DNA from: Octopus bimaculoides
Lineage: Eukaryota
Length of the DNA stretch: 64,000 nucleotides
Reading direction: 5' to 3'
Assembly: GCF_001194135.2 (NCBI RefSeq)
Contig: NC_068986.1
Location: 81,772,336-81,836,335 of the forward strand
Position 1 is the stretch's first letter, and each line of letters starts with the position of its first letter. Made by a program: the position numbers and the translations under genes. Below, piece by piece: positions 52,701 to 64,000 of this stretch. A model generated the notes under the pieces. That model was not told where the DNA came from. It ran no database searches and worked only from the letters and a program-made list of their open reading frames with translations.

Positions 52701-53577
52701 ATCATCTAATAGATGGATGAAGAATTATAGTGACTAGATGTTATGTTCCATGCTGCACATTGTAAAAGTAAAATATCTATAAAACCTGCCATTGAAAAAC
52801 ATAAATCCACATTTTCAGTCATTATTCCACTGTCATGATTAGAACTATGGGTTGGCTCTGGGTTAGTTCTAATAAAGCAGATCTGTGGCCAAAGGTGTAC
52901 CAACTGTGACCATCATTTCTTTTTGTAGATCTAGGACTTCACTGTCCAATAATCCTTACATTTATTTGGAATGTTAGGGCTGTTGTTTCTAGCAGGTTGA
53001 GCAACTATGCCAATTTCCTTTATGGGTCTATCAAGGTTATAATAGTCATAGCAACATGTAGTGGTTGACAAAGAAATTGGGCCTTAGTCCACCATAAATC
53101 TCTTTGGTGTGTAATCTGTTCTTGAGAACATTGTAACACAAGACTATGATGGGTTAATCAGTGAACAGGAACAATCAGCTGTGAGTAAAGGAGTTCTTTA
53201 CCAATTAATCTAATGTTGAGTGATTGATAGAGAGCCAACCATAGCATTTTAGGTCTCTCAACGTTTTCTTTATTTAACCTCACTATGACATAATCAAGGA
53301 AAAGTGTTATTTTCACGCACTTAAGTGTTGGTTTGTCTCAGATTACCAAACAGATATGATGTGCAAAAGATCTAATATTGATTTTTTTTTTTTTTGTAAC
53401 ATTTAATAGTTATTTGGTGATATGGGACTGCAATGGATGACAGATTGATCAAACTCACATCTCTCTGGATTGATAATTACTGTTATAATTATGTTGTTTG
53501 TTTGTTTTGCAATTTGCACTATGCTTTTGTAGATGATATTATTGTGTCTGTGTGTTTGTTAGAGAGAGAGCTCACAA

Positions 53578-53996
53578 TTATTTCAATATCCGCTTTTCCA
53601 TGCTTGCATGGTCAGATGGGATTCATTGTTGCAAGTTGTAAGAGGTAGATACCCTTCTGGTCACCAGTCTTCCTGTTTCCATGTAAGATAATATTTTTCT
53701 TGAGTCTGAACAAGTTTTCTTGGAAAATTGGAAACAAAGGACACCACTTGTATGATGATGATGTTTGTTTACAGCTATCATGTGATGTCAAGACAGGGAA
53801 TATTAACACATACACACACACACACACACACTTAAAACATGCTTCTTTCAGTTTCCCTCTACCAAACCTAACTCCAAAGCTTTAGTTGGCCCCAGGCTCC
53901 AGTAGATGAAGCTTGCAAAAGGTAGTATGCCCTGGGGTTGAACCTGTAACTATGTGGTTCAAAAGTTAACTTCTTAACCACACAGCCGCTCCTGTA
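53578..53996 (-). mobile_element. tRNA-headed SINE with RTE-like tail
   Basis: Same architecture as 12487-12952. Confidence 0.8.
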
Positions 53997-54233
53997 CATT
54001 TATGTATAATGTGAGTGTGTGTGTATATGAATATTGTATGTAAGTCATATACTATTGAAAGCATGAGTATTCAAAATTGTATATATGTATATGCATGTAA
54101 TTACACTGTATCGTATGCGTATCCATGTATATGAGTACATATTGTATTTTATATGTATGTGTGTAGCTTTATGTTAATGTATTATCATTGCCATAAATAT
54201 CAATGGGTGTATGTGTGAGAGCACATACGAAAT

Positions 54234-54433
54234 AGAAACTCTCCATGGTGCCATGACAATATAATAATCTAAAATATCCAATAATCTTTAGGACTATCTA
54301 ATTCATTGAAAGGAAGTAAAGTTTAAAGAAAATGAACAGCTTGTACTGTGTAGTAAATTGTGATTTACAACCAGTTTCTTTGTGACAGACTCCCTGCAGT
54401 CATAAGAATAGCCATTATGCTGGATATGACACC
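54234..54433 (+). repeat. About 200-bp direct repeat, copy 1 (copy 2 at 56671-56861)
   Basis: Shared blocks agaaactctc.atggt.ccatgacaatat.ataatctaaaatatcca, gaaaggaagtaaagtttaaa, ccagtttctttgtgaca, agaatagccattatg. Confidence 0.88.
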
Positions 54434-54927
54434 ATTAATGCATCTTTTGGTCACTCATGAGACAATCTCAGCAGAATACTCGCAAATGACAGCTTATGGA
54501 ATTTTGAGAGAATAGATATGCAAGCATATATGCGAGTGAGTCCGTATATATGTATTTGTGTGTTTGTATGCGTGTGTATGTAAATGTGTGTATATATATG
54601 TGTTAACATGTATGTATGTGTGTGAGATCATGTAAAGATTTTTAGTTAAACTCAGAATTATGGCATTTAGTGAATACAAAATATTTATCTTTAAAATGTA
54701 ATTAATCTGTTGTTTTTTTTTAACATTTTTTATTCTTTAAACGTCGTTTGCATTGATGTTGATGTTGTTGTTGTTGAAGTTCTCTATTGTTTCCCTGACA
54801 TTTTAAACACTAAGAATATTCTAAAGCAGGGGAAATAGCAGCAATTTCTATTTGTTATTTAATCAGTTTTCCTCACAAGAAATGTCTAAGTAATATATTG
54901 ATCTGTCTTCAACAATCTTTATCTTCC

Positions 54928-54985
<58 letters not shown>
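54928..54985. repeat. (TTA)n microsatellite, about 19 units
   Basis: Direct reading. Confidence 0.97.
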
Positions 54986-54986
<1 letters not shown>

Positions 54987-56999
54987 TCTCACATTCTTCC
55001 TCTGTTACTCTCATCATTTTACACCATCCACTTTATATTCTTCTACCATTGTCTAGAAACTCCTCTGAAATAATAATATCATCAACCATGAAAAAAAACC
55101 ATTTCTTTTTGATATTAACTTAAGCTTTTCTTCATTCTTTTTCTTTTCGCGTGTGTGTGAGGGAGAGAAAGAAAGACAAAGACCCACCAATATTCTTTTG
55201 AAACTGTTTCAAGTTTACTAAACTCTGTATTCTAAAAGAGACTGGTAAATATTGGTCCAGAAGTATTTATTCACCTTAAATTGTTTAGATTTTCATCAAC
55301 AATGTCTACATTCATAGAAGATTGTCCCAGTAGCAGCTTATTGAAGAAATCTTAACACTTTAGATGTCTTGTGAATATTGCTGCCTGATATACCAACCAT
55401 CCATCTATGCTGTGCTTTCAGTTAACAATAGAGCTGTTTACTCAACATGAACTGAGGAAGAGGATTTTGGTGATGATGATGGTGATGATGATGATGAGGA
55501 GGAGGAGGAGGAGGGTAGGCAATAGCAATAATAATAAGACAGCAGCAAGATTAATTAAAGTCTCAAAATATTTTCTTGGAGAAGTTAATTAAGCTGGAGA
55601 TAATTGTAGCATGCAGTGTGTTTTTTTTTTTAATGTTTTCACCAAGAGCAAAACTACAAGGAAATAGTTAATGAGAAATGTTGAACTTTGAAGTGATTTT
55701 AAGGATGTTGGTTTATTTTTTTCCTTAATCTCTCCTAATGAGACTGCAGCAACCAGTTTCTATTATAATGCAGTAATTTCTGTGTCAGTATTATTTTCAA
55801 CACAAACTCGTGAATTACAAACAAATGGTCTTTAATTTTTCATAATTATTTTTCAAGTTTGCAGTTCTAGAAATTCTTTTTGGAAACAAATTATGCATAA
55901 CTCTGTTAAACCTCACTGATTATACAGTTTCACTGGATTTTATTATCCTTTTAATTCTAGCAATTATTCTTGTTTTATCATGTTCCCTTGTGGCTGTAAT
56001 GTAACATTATCTGATTCCTACAGTTGGCAGTCAGGCAGAGAAATTAGATATTTAAGTCACACTGCCAATTGGCTCTTCATTTTTATGCCTCTCATCTTTC
56101 ATGTAGCCTAAGTCTTCAAATTAATTTCATGTGTTACTTTTTCAAGTGTTTTTTTTATCTATCTGTCTTTCTATTCAATAGTCTATCTGCATATTTACCT
56201 ATTCACTCAAAATCTACAGATCTACTTAAGCATTGCAAACCCACACTCTCTATACTGTCCATCTTTTAGTTTTATAACGCTCTCCACTTATGGCTATGTG
56301 GTTAAGAATTTGTTTCATAATCATGTAGTTCTGAGTTAGATCTTATTGAGCTGCACTTTAATCCCTTAGCATTCAAATTATTGTGTCAAATTTAAAGCTT
56401 ATCTATTTCATATTGTTTTGAACTAATTGTGCATTATCTTATAGTTTTGAGACTTTGATGATGTGATTGTTAATTGTTAAAATGACATTCTAGGGTAGAC
56501 ATGAGAGGCTGGATCTGGCCAGTTTGAACATAAAGCAAGGAGAATATATGAGCCAGATATGGCTGGTTTAAATGCAAAAGAGCTAAGAAAAGGTGTCCTG
56601 CCTTAGACTTGGATTGATCAATATCTTGCTTTGGAATTTTGTGTGTATGTGTGTGTATACTCAATAAAACAGAAACTCTCTATGGTACCATGACAATATG
56701 ATAATCTAAAATATCCATAGGACATTCTAAGTCATAGAAAGGAAGTAAAGTTTAAAAAATTGAACAGCTTGTATGGTATAGTAAATTGTGGTTTGCTACC
56801 AGTTTCTTTGTGACAAATTCCCTGCAATCTTTAGAATAGCCATTATGTAGGATATGGCACCGTTTGCATATCTTCTGGTTATACATTGAGTGTGTGTGTG
56901 TGTACACACTGGAGCATGACACAGTCCTAGGGTCCATCAGATCCTTTTAAACTGTCCAAACCAAGCTAGAATGGAACATGGACATCAAATTATGATACA

Positions 57000-57429
57000 T
57001 ATCATTCGTTTGTTTTACTTTTGTTTTTTTCACGCTAGCATGGGTTAGACAAGTATGCTATTGAAGCATTGTTTTACAGCTGGGTACCCTTCTTGGTGCT
57101 AACCCGTACCTGCTTTTCAGGTAAGGGATCTCGTATTCCATGTAATTTTGAAGGTACGCAGCAAGTGGACAGTTTGACAGGAGGAGTGCAAGCAACAACA
57201 CTGCACAAATGCCATGGCCTTATTATACATAAGTGAGTGCAGAGCATGCACATATGCATGCATTCATATTTACATTTATGAGAAGCTACTTTTGAGTTTC
57301 TGTCTATCAAATCCACACTGTATGGTTTTGGTCAACCTGAGGCCATAGAAGACATTTACCTAAAGTGCCACACAATGGAATTGAACACATAACCATGCAG
57401 TTTGGAAGCAAGCTTTTTAACTGCACAAT
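57000..57429 (-). mobile_element. Old tRNA-headed SINE (diverged)
   Basis: Head remnant ttggaagcaagctttttaactgcac, body aaatccacact...ttttggtcaacctgaggcca, tail remnant cacgctagcatgggttagac. Confidence 0.7.
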
Positions 57430-57612
57430 CATCATCATCATCATCATCGTTTAACGTCCGCTTTCCATGCTAGCATGGGTTGGACGATTTGACTGAGGAC
57501 TGGTGCAACCGGATGGCTACACCAGGCTCCAATCTAATTTGGCAGAGTTTCTACAGCTGGATGCCCTTCCTAACGCCAACCACTCAGAGAGTGTAGTGGG
57601 TGCTTTTACGTG
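57430..57612 (-). mobile_element. Young, 5'-truncated RTE 3' end
   Basis: (cat)n cgtttaacgtccgctttccatgctagcatgggttggacgatttgactgaggactgg...; CpGs retained; nearly identical to 16330-16500. Confidence 0.88.
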
Positions 57613-58214
57613 TATATTCTCAAGAGTTCATAATCTGATGATCTGTGCATGGAAAGTCTTACATCACTTTTTGTTGGTAGAGCCACATTTTTTTAACCTA
57701 ACTTCCAGTGAAGTGATGCTGGAGTGTCCCTTCCAGAGCACAGGCTTAGGCAAGATTGTATGAGAGATAGTAACAAAATATGCAACAAGTCCCCCACATT
57801 CTCTACACCACCAATGTTGTCCAAGTAAAAGAGCAAGGTTTGATGCAGCTTGGTATCAGTAGCATTACAAAATTTGTCGGAGCAAAGTTGATGACATTAA
57901 CACTGTTTTATAGACTGTAGTTTGGATTTGTCCTTAAGGTTTACTCCTTATTTTCCAAACCTTTTCCTATGAATGGGTGTTTGGCCACAAAGTAGTGGAG
58001 ATCTGAAAACCAGAGTTTGTCCTCCTTTAGATAAGCTGCCTTCCCAGATTGTTAAGCTCTACTGCTCTGCTGGAAGTATTGATTCTAGTGCCAGGACCTG
58101 CCTTCACTCCTTCTCCATCAGTAAAAACAGTTCCACCAGACTTAGAGAGAGAGAGTGTGTGTGTGTGTGTGTGTGTGTGTTTTTGTGTCATCTTTTATTA
58201 CAGCCAAATGAGAT

Positions 58215-58608
58215 CATATCTGTGGCCGATGCCAGTGTCACATAACTGGCCTATTTAAAAGTACTCTTCAATCATTGGGCAATATGCTGTGCTTGAGAAG
58301 ACTTGTTGAGTCAAGTGAAATCATTGTCGTGGCCAATGCTAGTGCCACTTAACTGGCACCCATGCCAGTGGCACTAAAAAGCACCATTTGAGTGTGGTCG
58401 TTGCCAGCGCCGCCTGACTGGCCCCGTGCTAGTGGCACATAAAAAGCACCCACTAGACTCTCAGAGTGGTTGGTATTAGGAAAGGCATCCAACTGTAGAA
58501 ACCTTACCAGAACAGATTGGAGCCTGGCACAGCCTCTTGGCTTGCCAGTCCTCAGTCAAAACATCCAACCCATGGAAAATGGACGTCAGAAGATGATAAT
58601 GATGATGA
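58215..58608 (+). mobile_element. RTE 3'UTR + tail
   Basis: ggccgatgccagtgtcacataactggc...caatatgctgtgcttgagaagac...aaaagcacccactagactctcagagtggttgg...ggaaaatggacgtcagaagatgataatgatgatg. Confidence 0.85.
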
Positions 58609-61417
58609 GAACTAATAATTCTCTTAGGTTCATTAACCTCATTAATTTTTTTGTTAGTAAGAACAAAAGTTAAAAATGTTTCCCAGCTTTCAACCAAAAT
58701 TCTTTGAATACCTTCCTCACTCCCAGCCCATTTCTCTTCCCCATATTATCGCTGTTTCACTACTTCCCAACCATTTACTCAATCCTTGTTACTCAGAACA
58801 CCCCACTGCTCATGTTGTTTCGTCCCAACTCAGCTCTGAAGCATTCCAGCCCTGACCTTCCCTTTTCCTCCCCTTTATTTTCTTTGACATATAGTGTACC
58901 CAGGACTACATTGCCTGTTGCATCTATTTCTTAAAATGTTGAGGTGTGGTTTGCAGTGGATNNNNNNNNNNCCCCCCCCCCCCGCTGACTCATATAGGTA
59001 TCTATAGATATGGCACTAGTTGAAACTGATCCTACACCACATTCATCTCTTCATCTCAACCTGTTCGAAAAGTTTTAGTTATTATGGCTACTGTTCTGTC
59101 TTTAAATTCACCAAAAACATACAATTTTAACCACTGGTCAAATTATAGCATCAACACAGCAGAATTTCTTACTTTCATTAAGCCATCCAAACTTTAGACA
59201 ATCTTCACATTTGAGCTGCTACTTTTTTTCAATTATTTCAATGTATTTGGTGTATTTAAAGATCTGGAACCTTGTTGGTCTACCAGGTAACTTACTGGAA
59301 CTGTGGTGTGATTGTTTTCTTTGTATTGAAAACAATATTAAGTTGCTACCTACTTATTACAAATGGAACATTCTTAAAGCCACTTCTCTGTACTTCCATA
59401 CTCACTTTGTCTCCTAATATTAACATGGGAGACTTTGCCATGTGGTGCTTCACATCTTGATTCTAACCCTATCATCTTATTTAGTGTTGTGGATTGACGA
59501 AGTAGAAAATCATTGCAACATTGTAATGGTGATTAGTATATGACAGAAGTTAATAAGTTTATTAAATTAGATTAATGATAACAAAAGTAAATGAACAATA
59601 ACTAAAGAAAAATGAGTTAAAAAAGATAAACACTCTCAGTTATGTATTATAACAAAGAATATTGGTATTTCTCTCTAAAAGTTTTTGAGGCCACGCAAAA
59701 CAGAGTTACTGTGGTTGGCCATAATATTGAGGCACTGGAACTGCTAAGTACACTCACAAGCAATCACCTGGTATTTTTGTGAGATAAGATACCAGCTATA
59801 TCAAAAGCTTCAGTATAAAGGGCCTAGCTTTCCCAATCATATTGAAATGTCGTTGATTCAAAAATAGAATTCACCAGCAAATTACAGTTTTCAGAATCTT
59901 GTTCCATTCTGCTTTATGCACAGTAGCCTTCATCTCTTACTGCATTTAGGATGTGTCAAGGAGCAAAAGAATCGCTAACCCATATGAAGTGGGTAAAGCT
60001 CATCCAGCCGCTTTTTATTGTTCCTAGTCAATCCTATAGGCTCTAGAATTGAGAAAATATTTACAAAAAAAGAAGTTTGGGGGCTAGAGAAAACATAGAC
60101 CTTTTCCCACAAATCATCTGAGCAGCACAGCCGATTCTGAGCATTTAAAAGCAAGTTTAACAGTGACTATTTCTGAATTTCTTATAAATTAATTCATTAA
60201 AAAGCTGCAACCCTTTGATTCCTATTTTACTCTACTGGACCTCCATGTTAAAAAATATCATACTGCATTTCTATAATTAAATATTAATAGGAATTTTATT
60301 TCAAAAAATTGTTAAAATATTTTGTGTATTGTAGAAGTAAAACCGATTTATTGCTCATAAACTTCAACAACAAAATCTTATATGAACCCCAGTTGAGAAT
60401 CACTAATCTAAATGAAGGGTTGACTTGAGGACTATTCAGTTTGGAATTAACAATAAAAGTGTCTGTAGAATATCTCACTGATTGGTTTATTAAATTTAAA
60501 GAGCCTTGAATAATGTCATATGCATAAAAGATGAGGTTGGTTTGACAAAAAGTAGTTGTGTTTTAATAACTTCTATATCATTAATAGACTTATCCCTGGG
60601 GGATAAACTATGATGATAAATGAAAGGATAATGATGATCGATTGCTATTATTATCAATGTCTGCTGACCAGATAATATATTGCCTCTTACTATAGTGCCT
60701 TGTCTCTTTACAATACATGACACAGTTTATCATCCATTTGTATCTATGCTGTCTTCTCTCTCTAACATAATTGTAACTCAGTTATTGCTGTCTAATTTGA
60801 TTGCCAGCTTCCGTATTTGATTTCTATTCACCCTTCTCTCATCTTAGCCTTCCTAAACATCTAGGTGAGTAGAGGCAAGGACATATCATACTTCTCCAGT
60901 CTACACTCTAATTCAACTTAGTTACTCATTATGTAGACAACTGAGAACATCCTAGATTTCCTACAGAAGAATTGTAACCAATACTAGTCTTCTCTCATTT
61001 GTCCACACTTAATAACTCATTGTCTATATAAAAAGTAAACCAGGGGTATATATTGTAAATATATTGTATTAGCCTATCCTTGAGCTCTGTTGTTTCATCA
61101 TTCTGTGATGTGAAACTTTTTGCATGGATATCTGGTGAGAGAGAGAAAGCTGATAACTTTTATTCTTTTCAACTCATTGGAAAGAATAAAAGTTAATAAA
61201 CCTATACAATAGGTTTCTTAAAATTTCTCAAAAAATCACATGAAATTCTATATAATTTCCTTGGTTACATTCTTGAAATTTCCTTGTATGGAAACAATTT
61301 TTCTCTTACCTAGAAAATTTGAAATTTCAGCTTTGTGAATAAGTTTTCCTTGTTCAAATCTCATGTTGGCAATGGTGGTTCCACACAATTTATATTTCAA
61401 TGTTTTTATCTTTGCAG

Positions 61418-61479
61418 TGACATATTTGATGCCATGTTTCCTGTACATAGACACGCTGGTGAGGTCATCATACAACAAG
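61418..61479 (+). CDS. Pka-R1: PKA type I regulatory subunit, internal exon (start of cAMP-binding domain A), 62 bp, phase 2/1
   Basis: tttttatctttgcag|T GAC ATA...CAA CAA G|gtcagt. AG+T makes Ser. Translates (S)[20 protein letters not shown](G), in frame with the 92-bp exon. The next expected exon (GDEGDNFYVID) is not seen before 64000. Confidence 0.97.
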
Positions 61480-61926
61480 GTCAGTTAATTTCCTTTTATA
61501 TTTAGACAAAGGAGGTGTAACAGTGTCTATTACTACAAAGGTCCAAAAATTTGTTCAGACAAAACAATTGATTCTTGAACTTTTCTGCAACAACATCCAT
61601 GGGAAAGGCTCATGTCTTTCCTATGGACATCATTGCAGACAGAACATGCCAGAAATGTACAGTTCTAGTGAAGAAAAAGTGAAATGTTTAGTGCAGGGAT
61701 GGGACAAACAGGGATCCAAGGTTTGGGTTGAGACAGTATTCGCTTCGGAAGTTTGGAAAAATAGAAGTTAAAAGAGGAAATCTACATATAATTCACTGTC
61801 ACAGAAATTTGTTTTACCTCGTTAATTTGTATGTGGATCAATGAAGAAGCCACAACATGGTCACTTCATCTGCTAGAAAGAGCTGTCACATCTCAGATAT
61901 CTTATTACCATGCTGTCTTCTTACCA

Positions 61927-62194
61927 CACAGCCATGTAATGATAAGAAGTTTGCTTCCCAATCACATGTTTCTGGGTTCAGTCCCACTGCATGACACCTT
62001 GAATAAGTGTCTTCTGCTATAGCCCTAGGCCAACCAAGGTTTTGTGAGTGGATTTGGTGGACAAAGACTGAAAGAAGCCCATCATATGTACATAAGTGTA
62101 TAAGTACTGGGATCAATTTGTCCAGCTAAGCCTTTGGAGGTGGTGCTCCAGCATGGCTGCAGTCTAATGACTGGAACAAATAAACGATAAAAGA
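61927..62194 (+). mobile_element. tRNA-headed SINE with non-RTE tail
   Basis: Head/body as above; ends gctccagcatggctgcagtctaatgactggaacaaataaacgataaaag. Confidence 0.8.
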
Positions 62195-62447
62195 AATCTC
62201 TCAAAATTGCTTTCTGCTTGAATATGATAATTTGATTCTCTTCTTCAATAATATTTATGTGTCTGCTCATTAGATTAGCAGCTAAATTGGTATATATGTA
62301 ATGTCTTCATCAGCTTATTACCTACCAGATATTTTAATCCAAGCACATCAATACCCTGTCTTATCATTTTTGTATTAGTTTTGATAGTATCATCAAGTCT
62401 CATGTATGTCTAGTCAGTGTCTATATATACCACATATAAGAGCAAAA

Positions 62448-62790
62448 TGTGGTATCTAGACAGAGAACTGGACATCACATACAGTGATGATTTGCAGTGT
62501 CCAGACAGATAGCTGGACATCACAGAGAGGGATATGTGGTGTCCATATAGATAACTAAGCATCAGTGAGGGTATGCAGTGTCCACATGCCCACTCCCCTG
62601 AACATGATAGCCAGATATCATGTATAGGAGGGGTATGTGATGACGTTACAGAGAACTGGACATCTCATATAGGAGGATATTTGGTGTCCCGACAAATAAC
62701 TGGACACCACATATAGAGGGTATGTGATGTCTTGACATATCTGGATCCATACACAAAGGGAGATGTGTGGTCTCCAGACAGATATCTGGA
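62448..62790. repeat. Diverged about 43-bp tandem array, about 8 copies, each with an internal hairpin
   Basis: Consensus-like gtgtccagacagataactggacatcacatatagagggtatgt. ctggac-like anchors at 62468, 62513, about 62555, 62656, 62700, 62741, 62786. Confidence 0.8.
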
Positions 62791-62796
62791 TACAGG

Positions 62797-62955
62797 CATA
62801 GCTATATGGTTAGAAATTTCACTTTGCAACTAAATAGTTTTGAGTTTGACTCCACTGCTTTGCTCTTTGAGAAAAGTATCTTCTACCATAGCCATTAGGC
62901 TGACCAAAGCATTGTGGGTAAAATTTGTAGACAGAAACTGTGTAGAAGCCTGTTG
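62797..62955 (+). mobile_element. Diverged SINE head/body fragment
   Basis: caggcatagctatatggttagaaatttc...gagtttgactccactgc...ggctgaccaaagcattgtggg...agacagaaactg. Confidence 0.7.
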
Positions 62956-64000
62956 GAAGAAGCATTCTGGTTTAATCTGTCACCTGGTTTAACACCACCT
63001 GGCCATTGGAGGCCTTTTGCGGTGTCCACTTTGTCACAAGTATTTGAGACAGGTAAACCTCTGGCCACTGGATAACTTCCTTCCTTTTACCCCCTAATGT
63101 CAGAAACCTTGAAGAGAGATGCAAATGCTGTTGTCCCTGCTCATTACTTTCTTTTACTTGTGATACTCTTTTATCTGACATCTTGCACTAGTTTAATTGG
63201 TTATCACTCTCCTACAACTACATAATACATATATTAATATCACCTAGCTCTTATCTCTCCTCCCCCGTTACTATGTTAACCTGTTTTATCACCCACCTTT
63301 TATCTCCCCTCAGAATTCCATGTAAGTAAAAATGAAAAACTATCTCCAGAATATTCTGACTGCATGTTATGACACACTGTTGTTAAGCCACAATCAATAC
63401 ACTCAGTCTATGTGGGTTTTTATTTGCTTCTCTGCACTGCTGCATTATTAACAGAAATGGTGCTTTCCCATTGGAACATAGGTGTTGGTTTACACAGTAG
63501 GATATAGCTGCCGAAACCTGACATAAGAATTCCTCTTGGAAATATTAGTAAATCTTCATTAAAAAATCAATTTTCTTTATATATACCAGAGTCTGATATT
63601 AGAAACTGCAGAGAGACAGAAAGGATGAGGGAAAGAGATGTGGGAGAGAAAATAAAATAAGCCAAAAAAAAAAAAAAAAGCAACACAAACTAGCAAGTAA
63701 TTTGATTATGCTAACCTTATTAGCCAACATAAAATAGTATTTTCAATGTCATTACTTCATTTCACAAACATCATGTTGTTTCTACTGACTGCTTCCATTG
63801 CTACTTCTCTTTCTTTCTCCCCTTATTAACCTCATCATCCTCATCATTATCATCACCACCACCTAAACTCTCTCTCTTTCTCTCTAATTCTCAATGTTTC
63901 CAATACATCTCACCATTTACTCATGCTATTAAAGCATGTTTCACCTTCACTCAACCATTTCAGAACTCATAACCACTGAATCTGTTCTCACTTTATATTC

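Overview
This is AT-rich, microsatellite- and retroposon-dense animal genomic DNA with eight N-gaps. The SINE/RTE repertoire and the molluscan-type protein suggest an octopus (coleoid cephalopod), which is an inference. The only host gene I can support is a cAMP-dependent protein kinase type I regulatory subunit (Pka-R1/PRKAR1) on the + strand. Three internal coding exons lie in the window (17856-18020, 48925-49016, 61418-61479). They join in frame across GT-AG introns of 30.9 kb and 12.4 kb and encode linker + pseudosubstrate (RRGGV) + the start of cAMP-binding domain A. I did not find the N-terminal D/D exon or the downstream exons here. The rest is intronic: tRNA-headed SINEs with interchangeable tails, RTE LINE fragments, several TIR elements (mariner foldback, Merlin-like, piggyBac-like TTAA, TA-flanked), minisatellites and long hairpins. 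Nearly all ORFs in the supplied track are spurious. No clearly new biological system is demonstrable from sequence alone. The best leads are a candidate alternative ATG-donating exon that would give a dimerisation-less RI, a candidate poison exon, dsRNA-forming structures near exons, and apparently young MITEs. Repeat boundaries were read by eye (about +/-10 bp). Exon and TIR/TSD coordinates were counted base by base.
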